From the IMG/VR virus record IMGVR_UViG_3300032323_001239, positions 1-53,620 of that record: DNA of 53,620 bases. One strand, 5' to 3'. The notes beneath the pieces were generated by a model that ran no database searches, had not been told where the DNA came from, and saw only the letters and a list, made by a program, of their open reading frames with translations. This document shows, one piece after another, positions 38,608-47,300 of the stretch (positions within the stretch are counted from its first letter, which is position 1; every line of letters begins with the position of its first letter). Made by a program: the position numbers and the translations under genes. The DNA comes from a virus. Lineage: Duplodnaviria > Caudoviricetes.

Positions 38608-41001
38608 TTGACTAGAAAGTTACAGTATACCTTAACCAGCCTTTTTATAATCGGCTGGCTCTTTCTTTTTGGGCCAAGTAATGCCCATGCTGAGGAAGTT
38701 ACAGTTCAAGTAACACCAGCAAATCCATCTTCAGATACAGCCACAGCAACCACTCCTATTACAGTTGAGATAGTTGCAGACAAAGTAGAAGCGGCAGCAG
38801 ATACACTACAAGCAGCAGCCCAAACACAAGGCAATGCGATCATATCTACAATTCAGGCAAATGTGCCAAACACAGATACTCAGACTGCTACCCAAATTGC
38901 TACAACTCAAGAGCCAATTAAGGCAGCAGTTGAATCAGCAACAGTCAAGGTACAAGAGGCTAACACTGCAATACAATCTGCTGAGACAGCAGTCACAGTT
39001 GCAGCAACAGCACAAGCAGCAGTTGAATCACAAACTGCAGTAGTTGCCACAGCAACAACAAATTTAAATAATGCTCAAACAAATTTGAATACAGTAACAC
39101 AACAAGTTGAATCTCAAACTGCTGTAGTTGCTACAGATACCACAAACCTTGCTACAGCCCAGGCTGCTGCAGATGCTTCAGCCGTAGAAACTACAACTAA
39201 TGGAATTGAAGTAACAACATACGCATCACCTGGTGGACAGCAGCCTCCGCTTCCAGCAGAAAATGCAACACCACTTTCAACCACAACAGTTCCTTACATT
39301 GCTCACCAATTTGGGAGCGGACAGGTATTTAATTCTGGGCGGGTAGACAATGTAATTGTAAAATTTGAAGGAACTATTACTGTTCCAGAAGAAGCAGTAA
39401 CGGTAAAATATGCAATCCATTCTGACGATGGGGCAAAGATGTATGTAGATGGACAGCTTGCAATTAATGAGTGGATTGACAAGGGCGGGGGTTGGAGTCA
39501 ATACTCTCCAACCTATAATACAACTACAGACAAACAACAGGACTTTACTATTTGGTACTATGAAAATGGTGGAGGGTCGCAAGTTATACTTGGCTGGCTA
39601 ATAATGAGACAAGATGGAAGTGGATATTTTACTACTCCAAATCAAACAGCATTTGCAACTACAATAGTAACAAAAGATCCAGTATTAGTTGCTGCAGTTG
39701 CTACTGCACAGACAACTCTTAATAATGACACTGCAGTGCTTAATACTCTTACTACACAGAAGACTGCAGCAGAAGCAGTAGTTGTAGATAAAACAGAGGT
39801 AAAAGCGGTTGAAGTTGCCACATTAAATCAGCTTACAGAAACTGCTACAGTAGCAGTTCAAGCAGCAGATACACTTGCTAATACAGCAACAACAAAAGTA
39901 AATGAAGCAGTAACTGCAATGACAAATGCAGCACAGGTTACAGTTAATTATTATGCAGAGCAACAAGCAGCGGCACAAGCCGCAGCAAATGCCGCAGCAG
40001 AGGCTGCAGCAGCTCAAGCAGCACAACAAGCAGCAGCAGCGGAAGCTGCAGCACAACAAGCAGCTGCACAAGCAGCAGCCGCAGAAGCAGCAGCCAAAGC
40101 AGCAGCGGAAGCTGCAGCAAAAGCTGAAGCAGAAGCCAAAGCAGCAGCGGAAGCTGCAGCAAAAGCTGAAGCAGACCGTGTAGCCGCAGAGGAAGCCGCT
40201 GCTAAAGCAGAGGCTGATCGTGTAGCAGCAGAAGAAGCAGCAGCCAAAGCAGAACAAGAAGCTAAAGAAAAAGCTGAAGCAGATGCAAAAGCAGAAGCTG
40301 ATAGATTAGAGGCAGAGGCTGAAGCGGCAGCGCAAGCAGAGGCAGATGCTAAGGCTGAAGCAGAAGCAAAGGCTCAAGAAGAAGCAAATGCTAAAGCAGA
40401 AGCGGAAGCTAAAGCACAAGAAGCGGCGGATGCAAAAGCAGAAGCTGAAGCAAAAGCTGCAGAATTAAAAGCGGCAAAGGCAGAAGAAGAAGCATTAAAG
40501 AAAGCAGCAGAAGAAGGCAAACTAACTGAAGAGCAAAAAGAAGTTGTTGTAGAAAAATTAGTAGAGAACCTTGCACCAGGAGAGTCTATTTCAGCAGCAG
40601 AAGTTAAAGCAGCAGGAGTATCTTATTCTGATTTACCACCAGCAACACCAGTAGATGTTCGTACTGATGAAAATGGAAATGCAGTTGTAATCACTGCAGC
40701 AGTTGCCGCTCAAGTAGAATTGTTGCAGAACCCAGGAGCATTGGTAGAAGAATTATTTACAAATCCAGCAGCGGCCCTGGCTGCATTTGGAAGCATAGGC
40801 GCAGATATGTCAGATGAAGAAAGAGAAGAAGCAACAGATATGGTTGTTGCTACAGTTGTAGCAGCAGGTGCAGCAATTAACGCAGCAGCAGTTGCCACAG
40901 GAGGAGCCACAGGAGGCAGCACAGGAGGCGGAGGAAGTTCTGGTGGGGGTGGCGCTTCAGGTGCTAATTCACCAGGTTCACGAGGAGGAAGAAAATGGTA
41001 A
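38608..41001 (+). CDS. Secreted/anchored protein with PA14 domain, Ala/Glu coiled-coil stalk and C-terminal hydrophobic anchor
   Basis: TTG start with SD AGGAG; signal peptide ending AHA-; PA14 motifs SDDGAKMYVDG and WYYENGGG; AEAAAK repeats. Confidence 0.8.
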   Translation: MTRKLQYTLTSLFIIGWLFLFGPSNAHAEEVTVQVTPANPSSDTATATTPITVEIVADKVEAAADTLQAAAQTQGNAIISTIQANVPNTDTQTATQIATTQEPIKAAVESATVKVQEANTAIQSAETAVTVAATAQAAVESQTAVVATATTNLNNAQTNLNTVTQQVESQTAVVATDTTNLATAQAAADASAVETTTNGIEVTTYASPGGQQPPLPAENATPLSTTTVPYIAHQFGSGQVFNSGRVDNVIVKFEGTITVPEEAVTVKYAIHSDDGAKMYVDGQLAINEWIDKGGGWSQYSPTYNTTTDKQQDFTIWYYENGGGSQVILGWLIMRQDGSGYFTTPNQTAFATTIVTKDPVLVAAVATAQTTLNNDTAVLNTLTTQKTAAEAVVVDKTEVKAVEVATLNQLTETATVAVQAADTLANTATTKVNEAVTAMTNAAQVTVNYYAEQQAAAQAAANAAAEAAAAQAAQQAAAAEAAAQQAAAQAAAAEAAAKAAAEAAAKAEAEAKAAAEAAAKAEADRVAAEEAAAKAEADRVAAEEAAAKAEQEAKEKAEADAKAEADRLEAEAEAAAQAEADAKAEAEAKAQEEANAKAEAEAKAQEAADAKAEAEAKAAELKAAKAEEEALKKAAEEGKLTEEQKEVVVEKLVENLAPGESISAAEVKAAGVSYSDLPPATPVDVRTDENGNAVVITAAVAAQVELLQNPGALVEELFTNPAAALAAFGSIGADMSDEEREEATDMVVATVVAAGAAINAAAVATGGATGGSTGGGGSSGGGGASGANSPGSRGGRKW
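39958..40515 (+). repeat. Low-complexity coding tandem repeats (AEAAAK / AKAEAE)
   Basis: Repeated gcagcagcggaagctgcagcaaaagctgaagcaga units, including a 42-nt period near 40099/40141. Confidence 0.85.
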
Positions 41002-41177
41002 GAGTTGTAAAAAACATAATCAAAGATCTAATTGATCAGGCATGGACACTCCTAGGCATGTTTATAGCATGGGTAGTCCTTGACGGTAGTGCTAAAACTA
41101 TTGTGGGATATGGAATTATAGCCACCACAGGCCTTTGGATAGTCACAAGCCCTGCTAGAAATAAAGACTCAGAGTAG
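40995..41177 (+). CDS. Small two-TM membrane protein
   Basis: Two hydrophobic segments; overlaps the PA14 gene end; SD GGAGG. Confidence 0.7.
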   Translation: MVRVVKNIIKDLIDQAWTLLGMFIAWVVLDGSAKTIVGYGIIATTGLWIVTSPARNKDSE

Positions 41178-41191
41178 GGTATAATAGTGGT

Positions 41192-41407
41192 ATGAGGAAA
41201 TTAATCACTATTGCCCTATCTGGGCTATTAATGCTATCATTAACTGGATGCGATTCTTTAAATAGATATCGATATCCTTGTCAGGACCCTGCAAATTGGG
41301 AACTTTCAGAATGCAATCCTCCAGAATGTGAAGCTTCACAGACTTGTACAAAAGATGTAATAAAAGTTACACCTACTACACCAGAACAGGAAATAACAAA
41401 TGGCTAA
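41192..41407 (+). CDS. Small Cys-rich lipoprotein
   Basis: Lipobox LTG-C; YPCQDP..C.PP.C....C; leaderless promoter. Confidence 0.75.
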   Translation: MRKLITIALSGLLMLSLTGCDSLNRYRYPCQDPANWELSECNPPECEASQTCTKDVIKVTPTTPEQEITNG

Positions 41408-41810
41408 AGAAAGATTAACGGCTGCAGATTTAGATGCTCGTTTAAAGTTTATTCTAGGAATTACTCTTGGAAGCATTTTGTTTCTAACAGCAATTGGAAT
41501 TATTTATGGGCTTCTATTTGTAACCCAGCCTATTGGAGCACAGTCAGAAAACGACAAAATGTTTTTTAATGTGCTAGGTAGCATCGCAACCTTTATTACA
41601 GGAACACTTGCGGGAATTTTAATTGGTAACTCAGGTGCTAAGGATATTATGGCAGCCCAGATAGCAAATAAAGAAGTAGATGCAAAAAATACACAGGCTG
41701 ATAAAAAGCTTGAAGCGGAGATTGACGCAACTGCTGCACGTTTAGCTGCAAAGCCAGACGGAGAAATGCCAGCAGAACAACCAGTAGATACAGATTGGGA
41801 CAAGGACTAA
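41400..41810 (+). CDS. Putative holin-like two-TM protein
   Basis: Two TM helices and a charged C-terminal tail; directly upstream of the endolysin. Confidence 0.55.
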   Translation: MAKERLTAADLDARLKFILGITLGSILFLTAIGIIYGLLFVTQPIGAQSENDKMFFNVLGSIATFITGTLAGILIGNSGAKDIMAAQIANKEVDAKNTQADKKLEAEIDATAARLAAKPDGEMPAEQPVDTDWDKD

Positions 41811-42385
41811 TGGCAGAACAGGGTACAGCAGCACGTTTAATTGAAGTTGCTACAGCGGAGATTGGGACTATTGAAGGTCCAAAAGATAACGAAACAAAGT
41901 ACGGCGCTTACACTAAAGCTAACTTCCAACCATGGTGTGGAAGTTTCGTCAACTGGTGTGGGAACGAATCTGGTGTGAAAATTCCTAATACAGTTTATAC
42001 TCCAGCAGGAGTAACAGCATTTAAGAAAGCTGGTGCATGGATTGATGGAGATATCGCAGATCCAGAGCCAGGAGATATTGCCTATTTTGATTTTCCATCA
42101 GATGGCGTCGACAGAGTGTCTCACGTAGGAATTGTTGTTAAAGACAACGAAGACGGAACAGTTTGGTGTATTGAAGGAAACACATCTTCAAAGAAATCTG
42201 GAAGCCAAAGAAATGGTGGAGAAGTTTGTAAGCAACTTCGTGCCTACAAAAAGAACAAAGCTGGAGTAATGATTTCAATCGTAGGATTTGGCCGCCCTAA
42301 GTTTAAAGGTTCAGCTGCAGCACCTGCGGCAGCAAAAAAGACTGCTAAGGCTCAACCAAAAGTTTGTCCTACTTGCGGTAAATAA
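41810..42385 (+). CDS. Endolysin (CHAP amidase)
   Basis: PWCGSFVNW, PGDI..F, SHVGIV, IEGNT and IVGFGRP motifs. Confidence 0.9.
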   Translation: MAEQGTAARLIEVATAEIGTIEGPKDNETKYGAYTKANFQPWCGSFVNWCGNESGVKIPNTVYTPAGVTAFKKAGAWIDGDIADPEPGDIAYFDFPSDGVDRVSHVGIVVKDNEDGTVWCIEGNTSSKKSGSQRNGGEVCKQLRAYKKNKAGVMISIVGFGRPKFKGSAAAPAAAKKTAKAQPKVCPTCGK

Positions 42386-42528
42386 TGAATACCTATAAGG
42401 TTAAGTTAGAAGTAGAAGCTGAAGTAGAAGCTTTTGACGAAACTGATGCTCTAGACTATGCCAGCGATATATTTGGTATCGATGATGAAATTAAAAACGT
42501 TAGAGTAATCAGCGTTAAGGAGAAATAA
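42385..42528 (+). CDS. Small acidic protein (47 aa; not in ORF track)
   Basis: MNTYKVKLEVEAEVEAFDETDALDYA..; TAATG coupling on both sides. Confidence 0.65.
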   Translation: MNTYKVKLEVEAEVEAFDETDALDYASDIFGIDDEIKNVRVISVKEK

Positions 42529-42821
42529 TGGACAAGAATAATATTATAAAAGAAATTAAAGTAATTTTAGAAGATGTTATTTTAAAGTCAATCGACCCTA
42601 AGCCAGAAGATCTTACAGATGAAGAGATTTCAAAATCTTACGAATCAGATAATGAGGAAGAAGATAAGTGGGACAATATGGAAAAGGCATGCTGGTCTGG
42701 ATATACACAGCGTGGAATGAAAGACAAGAATGGTAGAAAAGTTCCTAACTGTGTTCCCGTAAAGAAATCCTTATTTGGTTCAGAAGGACCTCAAGATTTA
42801 GTACCAAAAAATAAAAAATAA
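42528..42821 (+). CDS. Hypothetical protein with CWxGY..GMK....VPNCVP motif
   Basis: Motif seen in the sequence; SD AAGGAG. Confidence 0.7.
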   Translation: MDKNNIIKEIKVILEDVILKSIDPKPEDLTDEEISKSYESDNEEEDKWDNMEKACWSGYTQRGMKDKNGRKVPNCVPVKKSLFGSEGPQDLVPKNKK

Positions 42822-42883
42822 TCTATTGACAGGGTCGCAATTTTTACTGTATAATAATACGTAGAGGTTGCGGCCTTTGATAT

Positions 42884-42955
42884 TGGCCCTTAGCTCAGAG
42901 GCAGAGCGGGAAGCTGTTAACTTCTAGGTCCCTGGTTCGATCCCAGGAGGGCCAG
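42884..42955 (+). tRNA. tRNA-Asn(GTT)
   Basis: Acceptor TGGCCCT/AGGGCCA; GGAAG-CTGTTAA-CTTCT; T loop TTCGATC; own TTGACA..TATAAT promoter. Confidence 0.93.
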
Positions 42956-42990
42956 CAAAAATCTAGGCGGACTTACTAGATAGGAAAGAA

Positions 42991-43224
42991 ATGCTTAATC
43001 TTACACTAAAGGGTGTAGAAGTATTTATAAAAAGATCAGCAACAAAAAACCAAGAATCATATTGGGAAAATTATGATTTGTTAATTTGGAAACAATCTGC
43101 AGGCGGATTTACTGATATAAAAGGAATGTTCCGAAAAGATCAATGGGGAGTTACAGAGAGAATTCCTGTTAACGAAAACGGAATATGGAAGTTGCCAGCA
43201 AAATATGTCAGACATTTTAGATGA
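42991..43224 (+). CDS. Hypothetical protein
   Basis: ORF upstream of whiB. Confidence 0.65.
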   Translation: MLNLTLKGVEVFIKRSATKNQESYWENYDLLIWKQSAGGFTDIKGMFRKDQWGVTERIPVNENGIWKLPAKYVRHFR

Positions 43225-43522
43225 ATTAGGCGTAGACGAAGATGATTTTGATTGGTTCCACCTTGGTATTTGCAGGGGGATGGACACAAACTTATTCTAC
43301 GATAAATATGAAGCAGATATAAATATAGCAAAAAGCATTGACGAGGCATGCCTATCTTGCCCAGTTTCAAAGATGTGTTATCAGGCGGGTGTAGAAAATG
43401 ACGAGCAGGGTGTTTGGGGCGGGATCTATTTAAACTCTGGAGCAATAGATAAGTCAAGGAATATACATAAGACTGCAGATGTTTGGAAAAGGATAAGGTC
43501 CAAAAATGGAATTCATAAATAA
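43205..43522 (+). CDS. whiB: WhiB-family Fe-S transcription factor
   Basis: W....C.G.D..LF...C..CPV...C.....GVWGG. Confidence 0.93.
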   Translation: MSDILDELGVDEDDFDWFHLGICRGMDTNLFYDKYEADINIAKSIDEACLSCPVSKMCYQAGVENDEQGVWGGIYLNSGAIDKSRNIHKTADVWKRIRSKNGIHK

Positions 43523-43838
43523 AGATAAGAATCATTTTAAGTATGGAATTAATCAATGGACTGGAGAACCAAACAAACCAGTTTTTTATAATAAATCAAT
43601 GTCTGATGCAGTAAGAGGAATACAAAAGCCAGTGATTGGATTGCAGATGGATATAGTAAAGTATCCAGAATTTCTTTGCTTAAGGCTGTATGAAGATAAC
43701 TTTATTCAGTTTACTGGAAATAAAAAAGAAATGATTATTGACTATCTTGAAAAGGTTAAAAAAGTAATTGAGTCTTACGGAGTAAGATGTGAGCTAGAAG
43801 GCGTACCAAGCCAAAATGTACTAGGAAAAGGAATATAA
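43506..43838 (+). CDS. Hypothetical protein
   Basis: Coupled ORF. Confidence 0.65.
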   Translation: MEFINKDKNHFKYGINQWTGEPNKPVFYNKSMSDAVRGIQKPVIGLQMDIVKYPEFLCLRLYEDNFIQFTGNKKEMIIDYLEKVKKVIESYGVRCELEGVPSQNVLGKGI

Positions 43839-43839
43839 A

Positions 43840-44076
43840 GTGGAAAAAATATTATGCTATTGCTGCAATAAGAGTAAGAATAAGCTTTCTGTAAAGAAGT
43901 CTTCATTGCTTCCGATCAACCTATTCATGTGTGAGACATGCATATCTTCTAAGTTTGAGCCTAGATGGGTAGTTATATTGTCTGGTAGACAATTGGGTAC
44001 AGAGGCTGTAAAAGATTTTATTGTCAAAAAGAGATATATTGGTAACGATATTTCTGCTTCAGAACTGTTTGTTTAA
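43840..44076 (+). CDS. Hypothetical zinc-binding protein
   Basis: GTG start; CYCC..CETC. Confidence 0.6.
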   Translation: MEKILCYCCNKSKNKLSVKKSSLLPINLFMCETCISSKFEPRWVVILSGRQLGTEAVKDFIVKKRYIGNDISASELFV

Positions 44077-44116
44077 ATAAGACTTAGCACTCATATTGCT
44101 GTATAATTAGTTTATA

Positions 44117-44431
44117 ATGGAAATAAACTACTTATCTGTATTAATGGCAATATCTGCCGCCCTTGTTTCTGGCATGGGTACGGCTATAATTGCAGGGCTT
44201 AGAGATAACAGAAAAGAAAAAAGAAGGCAGTATGAGCGTGATCAAGACCATTTAAAGTTAGATTTAAAAGATCTTAAGATAGAATTATATAAGATTGAAA
44301 AAGAATTAAATGAATGGAAAGATAAATACTATAATGCTATCCAGGAATTAATTGGAGTTAAGTCTGAGCTTGAGGCAACCCTAATGGAATTAGCCCATTT
44401 TGAACACCATATGGACGAGTTGGACAGATAA
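44117..44431 (+). CDS. Membrane-anchored coiled-coil protein
   Basis: N-terminal TM segment followed by a heptad-rich region. Confidence 0.65.
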   Translation: MEINYLSVLMAISAALVSGMGTAIIAGLRDNRKEKRRQYERDQDHLKLDLKDLKIELYKIEKELNEWKDKYYNAIQELIGVKSELEATLMELAHFEHHMDELDR

Positions 44432-44455
44432 TTTTTCATTTAGTATACTGGTACC

Positions 44456-45013
44456 ATGACCTGTATAGTAGCAATTGCCCAAAATGGTGTCGTTTATATG
44501 GCATCAGATCATGCTGCATCAGATGACAAAACAGGCTGGATACTTTCAAGAAAAGAACCTAAAGTTTTTAAAGTAGGACAATACGGAGTTGCTTTCACCG
44601 ACTCATTTAGAATGGGACAAATTTTACAGTACAGTTGGACCCCACCAAAATACACACCAACAAAAACAAACTCAGGACTTGATAAGTTTATGAGAACTAA
44701 ATTTATTGATTCAGTTAAAACTGCATTTAAAGACAACGGATACGGAAGCATTGGCTCATCATCAGAAGAGGATACTGGTGGAATTTTTATAGTAGGAGTT
44801 TGCGGAAGAGTTTTTACAATTGATGAGGACTTCCATGTAGGAGAAAACATAGTTAACTATATGGCGGAAGGCAGTGGTGGAATGATAGCCCTAGGAGCTT
44901 TATACGCTACAAAGAATCAAAAGAACCCTAGATTAAGACTTAAAGCAGCATTAGAGGCTGCAAGTGAGTTTAATATGAGCGTAGCCCCACCATTTACATA
45001 TATCCAGGTTTAG
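44456..45013 (+). CDS. HslV/proteasome-beta-like Ntn hydrolase
   Basis: N-terminal M-T-C-I-V-A (Thr nucleophile); MASD, KVF, AEGSGG..ALGAL and V..PF motifs. Confidence 0.8.
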   Translation: MTCIVAIAQNGVVYMASDHAASDDKTGWILSRKEPKVFKVGQYGVAFTDSFRMGQILQYSWTPPKYTPTKTNSGLDKFMRTKFIDSVKTAFKDNGYGSIGSSSEEDTGGIFIVGVCGRVFTIDEDFHVGENIVNYMAEGSGGMIALGALYATKNQKNPRLRLKAALEAASEFNMSVAPPFTYIQV

Positions 45014-45027
45014 GGTATAATTGATTC

Positions 45028-45384
45028 ATGGATCTTTTAATCGTTGCGGTATTGGTTTTTTTTGTAGCAATGTGGGTCTCTAATGTAAAAAACAAAATTA
45101 ATAATTTTTTTAAAACATATGAAGTGGTAATTGTAGATAAAGAAGATATAGAGAAAGATCCTAAAGAAGTAAGAGATATACTTTCACTAAAGCCCGATAC
45201 CTACGATAACTCTATGGACATAAGAGGAGTCCCAACTCACCTTTGTCCTTGCGGATCAAACATATGGAACCTAAAAGTAATATTTGATAACTTTGAAATT
45301 GCCACCTATTTCTTAGATATGGAATGTGTAAGTTGTGGAAGCGTAGCAACAGCACCAACACCAGTAGACAAAAGCGAGATGTAG
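45028..45384 (+). CDS. Membrane-anchored zinc-ribbon protein
   Basis: N-terminal TM segment; CPCGS..CVSCG. Confidence 0.65.
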   Translation: MDLLIVAVLVFFVAMWVSNVKNKINNFFKTYEVVIVDKEDIEKDPKEVRDILSLKPDTYDNSMDIRGVPTHLCPCGSNIWNLKVIFDNFEIATYFLDMECVSCGSVATAPTPVDKSEM

Positions 45385-45386
45385 TA

Positions 45387-45557
45387 ATGAGAAAGTCAGA
45401 AAGAATTAGACTGCTAGAGTTGCAAATTGTAAGGCTTGAAACCACGCTTGAGCTATATGGCCAGGTATTGTCTAATCTAATAGAGCTTCAAGAAATGCAA
45501 GAGTCCGTCAATCTAGACGCAGGCAAATGGTATAAGTCTAAAACAGAACAAGAATAG
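45387..45557 (+). CDS. Hypothetical coiled-coil protein
   Basis: MRKSERIRLLELQIVRLE.. Confidence 0.55.
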   Translation: MRKSERIRLLELQIVRLETTLELYGQVLSNLIELQEMQESVNLDAGKWYKSKTEQE

Positions 45558-45595
45558 CTATTGACAAACCAAAAATATTTAGTAGAATTGTACCT

Positions 45596-46555
45596 ATGAA
45601 TAAAAAAATAACTATGGCTCTAGTAGCCCTAATGCTTACTGTACCAATCACGGCAAATGCGTCCGTTAAGAGAACACTTAGCAACACATCTTTGCCAGCA
45701 CCCACAATAGCAATCCTAGATTCTGCGATTGACATGTCACAACAAAAATTTAAAGATCGTGTTGTTTATGAAGCTTGCTTGATTGAAACAATTGAGGGAT
45801 CAACAGCAAGATGTCCAAACGGTCTTAATAAAATGGAAGGTGCAGGTGCTGCAACTCTCCCAGTTAGCCGATTATCATTAGGAGGCTTTGATCACGGAAC
45901 GCTAATGGCGGACCAAGCAATTCAAACAAACCCTAATGTAAACATTGTTTTTATTCGAATCATTGGTCAGCGTGAGAATGGTTCAAGAGAATTTACAAAT
46001 GAAGCAACTGTTTATAATGCGCTACAATGGGTTGCAGATAACCAATCTAAATTTAACATTCAATCTGTAGCAATGGCACAAGGCACACACAACCTAGGTC
46101 CAGCTGGCACTGATTACTGTCCAAAGACACCGATCACTGCATCAAAGATAAACTCTTTAAATTTGTTAGGCGTTGCGGTATTTTTTCCAGCAGGAAATAA
46201 CAGCGACTACCAAAGAGTAAATTGGCCAGGATGTATTCCATCAGCAATTACAATGGGTGCAACTTTACCGACGGGAGCGATTGGATTTTATTCAAACTAC
46301 GATCCACTTTTGCTAGACTTCTATGCTCGTGGAACAACTGTTCTACATGGTCTGAATGGAAATAGAGTAAACTTTGCAGGAACTTCAGCTTCTGTTTTAG
46401 TTGGAGCAACTTCATGGGCAACTGTTAAGTCTGTCAAGTCTAACTTAAGCTATTCAGAACTTTACAATCTAATTTCAAAGACTTCTTCTGTTACAAAAAG
46501 CTCAAGAGTTAGCAAGGGAAGTCTTATTAATTTACAGGCGGCATTAAATGGCTGA
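45596..46555 (+). CDS. Secreted subtilisin-like (S8) serine protease
   Basis: Signal peptide ending ANA-; triad ILDSA / DHGT / GTSAS; oxyanion motif PAGNN. Confidence 0.88.
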   Translation: MNKKITMALVALMLTVPITANASVKRTLSNTSLPAPTIAILDSAIDMSQQKFKDRVVYEACLIETIEGSTARCPNGLNKMEGAGAATLPVSRLSLGGFDHGTLMADQAIQTNPNVNIVFIRIIGQRENGSREFTNEATVYNALQWVADNQSKFNIQSVAMAQGTHNLGPAGTDYCPKTPITASKINSLNLLGVAVFFPAGNNSDYQRVNWPGCIPSAITMGATLPTGAIGFYSNYDPLLLDFYARGTTVLHGLNGNRVNFAGTSASVLVGATSWATVKSVKSNLSYSELYNLISKTSSVTKSSRVSKGSLINLQAALNG

Positions 46556-46760
46556 GGAGCAGGTAACATTACTAGAAGGCATTGTTGCTGATTTAGCAAA
46601 TGAACTGTATCAGAAGTGGTATAACGCTGCTACGGAAGATCAACAAACAGAAGAACTTTCTAAAGCTCTAAGAGAAAATGCAACACAGACAACATACTGG
46701 GTTGTTCAAGAGTTTATGAACAGATTCAATGATGCAGCAGAATCGCTGAAAGATAAGTAA
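46548..46760 (+). CDS. Hypothetical protein
   Basis: Coupled ORF. Confidence 0.6.
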   Translation: MAEEQVTLLEGIVADLANELYQKWYNAATEDQQTEELSKALRENATQTTYWVVQEFMNRFNDAAESLKDK

Positions 46761-46761
46761 A

Positions 46762-47064
46762 TTGATCATAACTGATAATTCATTTAATGAAGTAGTCTCA
46801 ACAAATGATTTAGTCTTGGTTGATTTTTGGGCTGAATGGTGTGGACCATGCAAAAAGCTCTCCCCAATACTTGATGAGATATCAATTGAGAGGGGCCTAC
46901 TCGTTGGTAAGTTAAATGTTGATGAGAATCCTGAAAAAATGCAGGAATACTCTGTACATTCAATACCAACTATGGTACTATTTAAGTCTGGTCAACCAGT
47001 TAAAACGATTGTTGGGGCAAAGCCTAAACATCTTTTATTAAAGGAGTTGTCCGAATGGATTTAG
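46762..47064 (+). CDS. trxA: Thioredoxin
   Basis: DFWAEWCGPCK and SIPT motifs; TTG start. Confidence 0.95.
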   Translation: MIITDNSFNEVVSTNDLVLVDFWAEWCGPCKKLSPILDEISIERGLLVGKLNVDENPEKMQEYSVHSIPTMVLFKSGQPVKTIVGAKPKHLLLKELSEWI

Positions 47065-47252
47065 AGTTCGATAAAGATTCTAATCATTTAGAGTTTGAAA
47101 TATGGCTTAAGAATGGTTATGATCGTGGGTGGGTGTCAGATGTATTTTGTGATACGCATGACGGACCGCCAATGTCAGATGAAGAAATGCAAGAATGGGA
47201 AGAAGGCGGAGATCCCTGCTCGTTTCATGTAAAGATACATGAATTACACTAA
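47055..47252 (+). CDS. Hypothetical protein
   Basis: SD AAGGAG; C.THDG..GGDPC. Confidence 0.65.
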   Translation: MDLEFDKDSNHLEFEIWLKNGYDRGWVSDVFCDTHDGPPMSDEEMQEWEEGGDPCSFHVKIHELH

Positions 47253-47300
47253 GTTTCTGTGCTCACATAAGAGGCAGAAGAAATAAGGAGAATAAATTAA

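Noticed and set aside
39823-40257. Cys-rich and Leu-rich repetitive ORFs in alternative frames
   Set aside because: They are by-products of GCA/GAA repeats in the Ala-rich stalk of the PA14 protein.
42961-42981. Hairpin ATCTAG-GCGGACTTA-CTAGAT after tRNA-Asn
   Set aside because: It is a short 6-bp stem with no T-tract. It could be a processing or leader element, but there is too little evidence to call it.
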